DNA from: Blastocystis sp. subtype 4
Lineage: Eukaryota
NCBI RefSeq assembly: GCF_000743755.1
Contig: NW_014569452.1
Coordinates: 1 to 34,213 of the forward strand
Direction: 5' to 3'
Length of the DNA: 34,213 nucleotides
The notes under the pieces are model-generated. The model was not told the DNA's origin. It made no database searches and saw only the letters and a list, made by a program, of their open reading frames with translations. Below, one piece after another: positions 33,920 to 34,213 of the stretch. How positions within the stretch are numbered: position 1 is the stretch's first letter; each line of letters opens with the position of its first letter. A program made the translations under genes and the position numbers.

Positions 33920-34213
33920 TTAGAAATCATCAAAAGATGGAGGGAAGAAATGATTGGACGAACGAACTATTGGTGCACATGACACCATGTCCGTTTCTTC
34001 TTGTATTAATTCATTCAATACATGGGGATTCATTTCTACTATGATGATCCAAGAGGATATAAACTGGTGCGCACCAGTTTCAATGAAGAACCTTGATAAT
34101 CAAAAGAGACAAATAACTATACATAAACGGTCCAAGATGATCTTGTCAAGAGAACTCATATTTTTCTTAACACCTAAACGTAGCTATGGCTGAAGTTCAA
34201 TCCCTTGTTATTG
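33920..34213 (-). CDS. Probable 3' end of an unidentified multi-exon gene running off the window
   Basis: Open stretches (MSSLDKIILDRL; EMNPHVLNELIQEETDMV...FDDF*) can be joined via 29- and 26-nt GT-AG candidates. No recognisable domain. Confidence 0.35.

Noticed and set aside
1..34213. Prokaryotic systems (operons, CRISPR arrays, IS elements, defence islands), rRNA or tRNA genes
   Set aside because: The DNA is spliceosomal-intron-rich eukaryotic sequence. I saw no repeat-spacer array, transposase, terminal repeats or recognisable structural RNA.

Overview
Gene-dense, AT-rich eukaryotic nuclear DNA, not prokaryotic. Three hallmarks point to Blastocystis (stramenopile): abundant 28-34 nt GT-AG introns, very short intergenic spacers, and a TGTTTGTT element about 4 nt downstream of gene ends. 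The ORF track fragments most genes, so I re-spliced them by hand. Gene order: frameshifted Ig-repeat surface protein (+), multipass membrane protein (+), MORN-repeat protein (-), PI3-kinase with an N-terminal cNMP-binding-like and GAF-like region (-), ARM-repeat protein (-), SLC12A9-like cotransporter (+), ~10 kb gene with many ASH/MSP-like Ig domains (-), ArfGAP1 (+), proteasome ATPase Rpt2 (-), small amphipathic protein with a U12-type intron (+), coiled-coil protein (-), and a probable partial gene at the right edge. Three genes (possibly a fourth) appear to need polyadenylation to create their UAA stop; Rpt2 is the clearest, ending exactly at its HbYX tail. The signal least explained by these genes is the GC-rich motif TTCCCGCGG(GAA), seen 9 times: in all three codon phases, in a probable intron and in intergenic DNA. 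All gene models are manual and lack transcript support.
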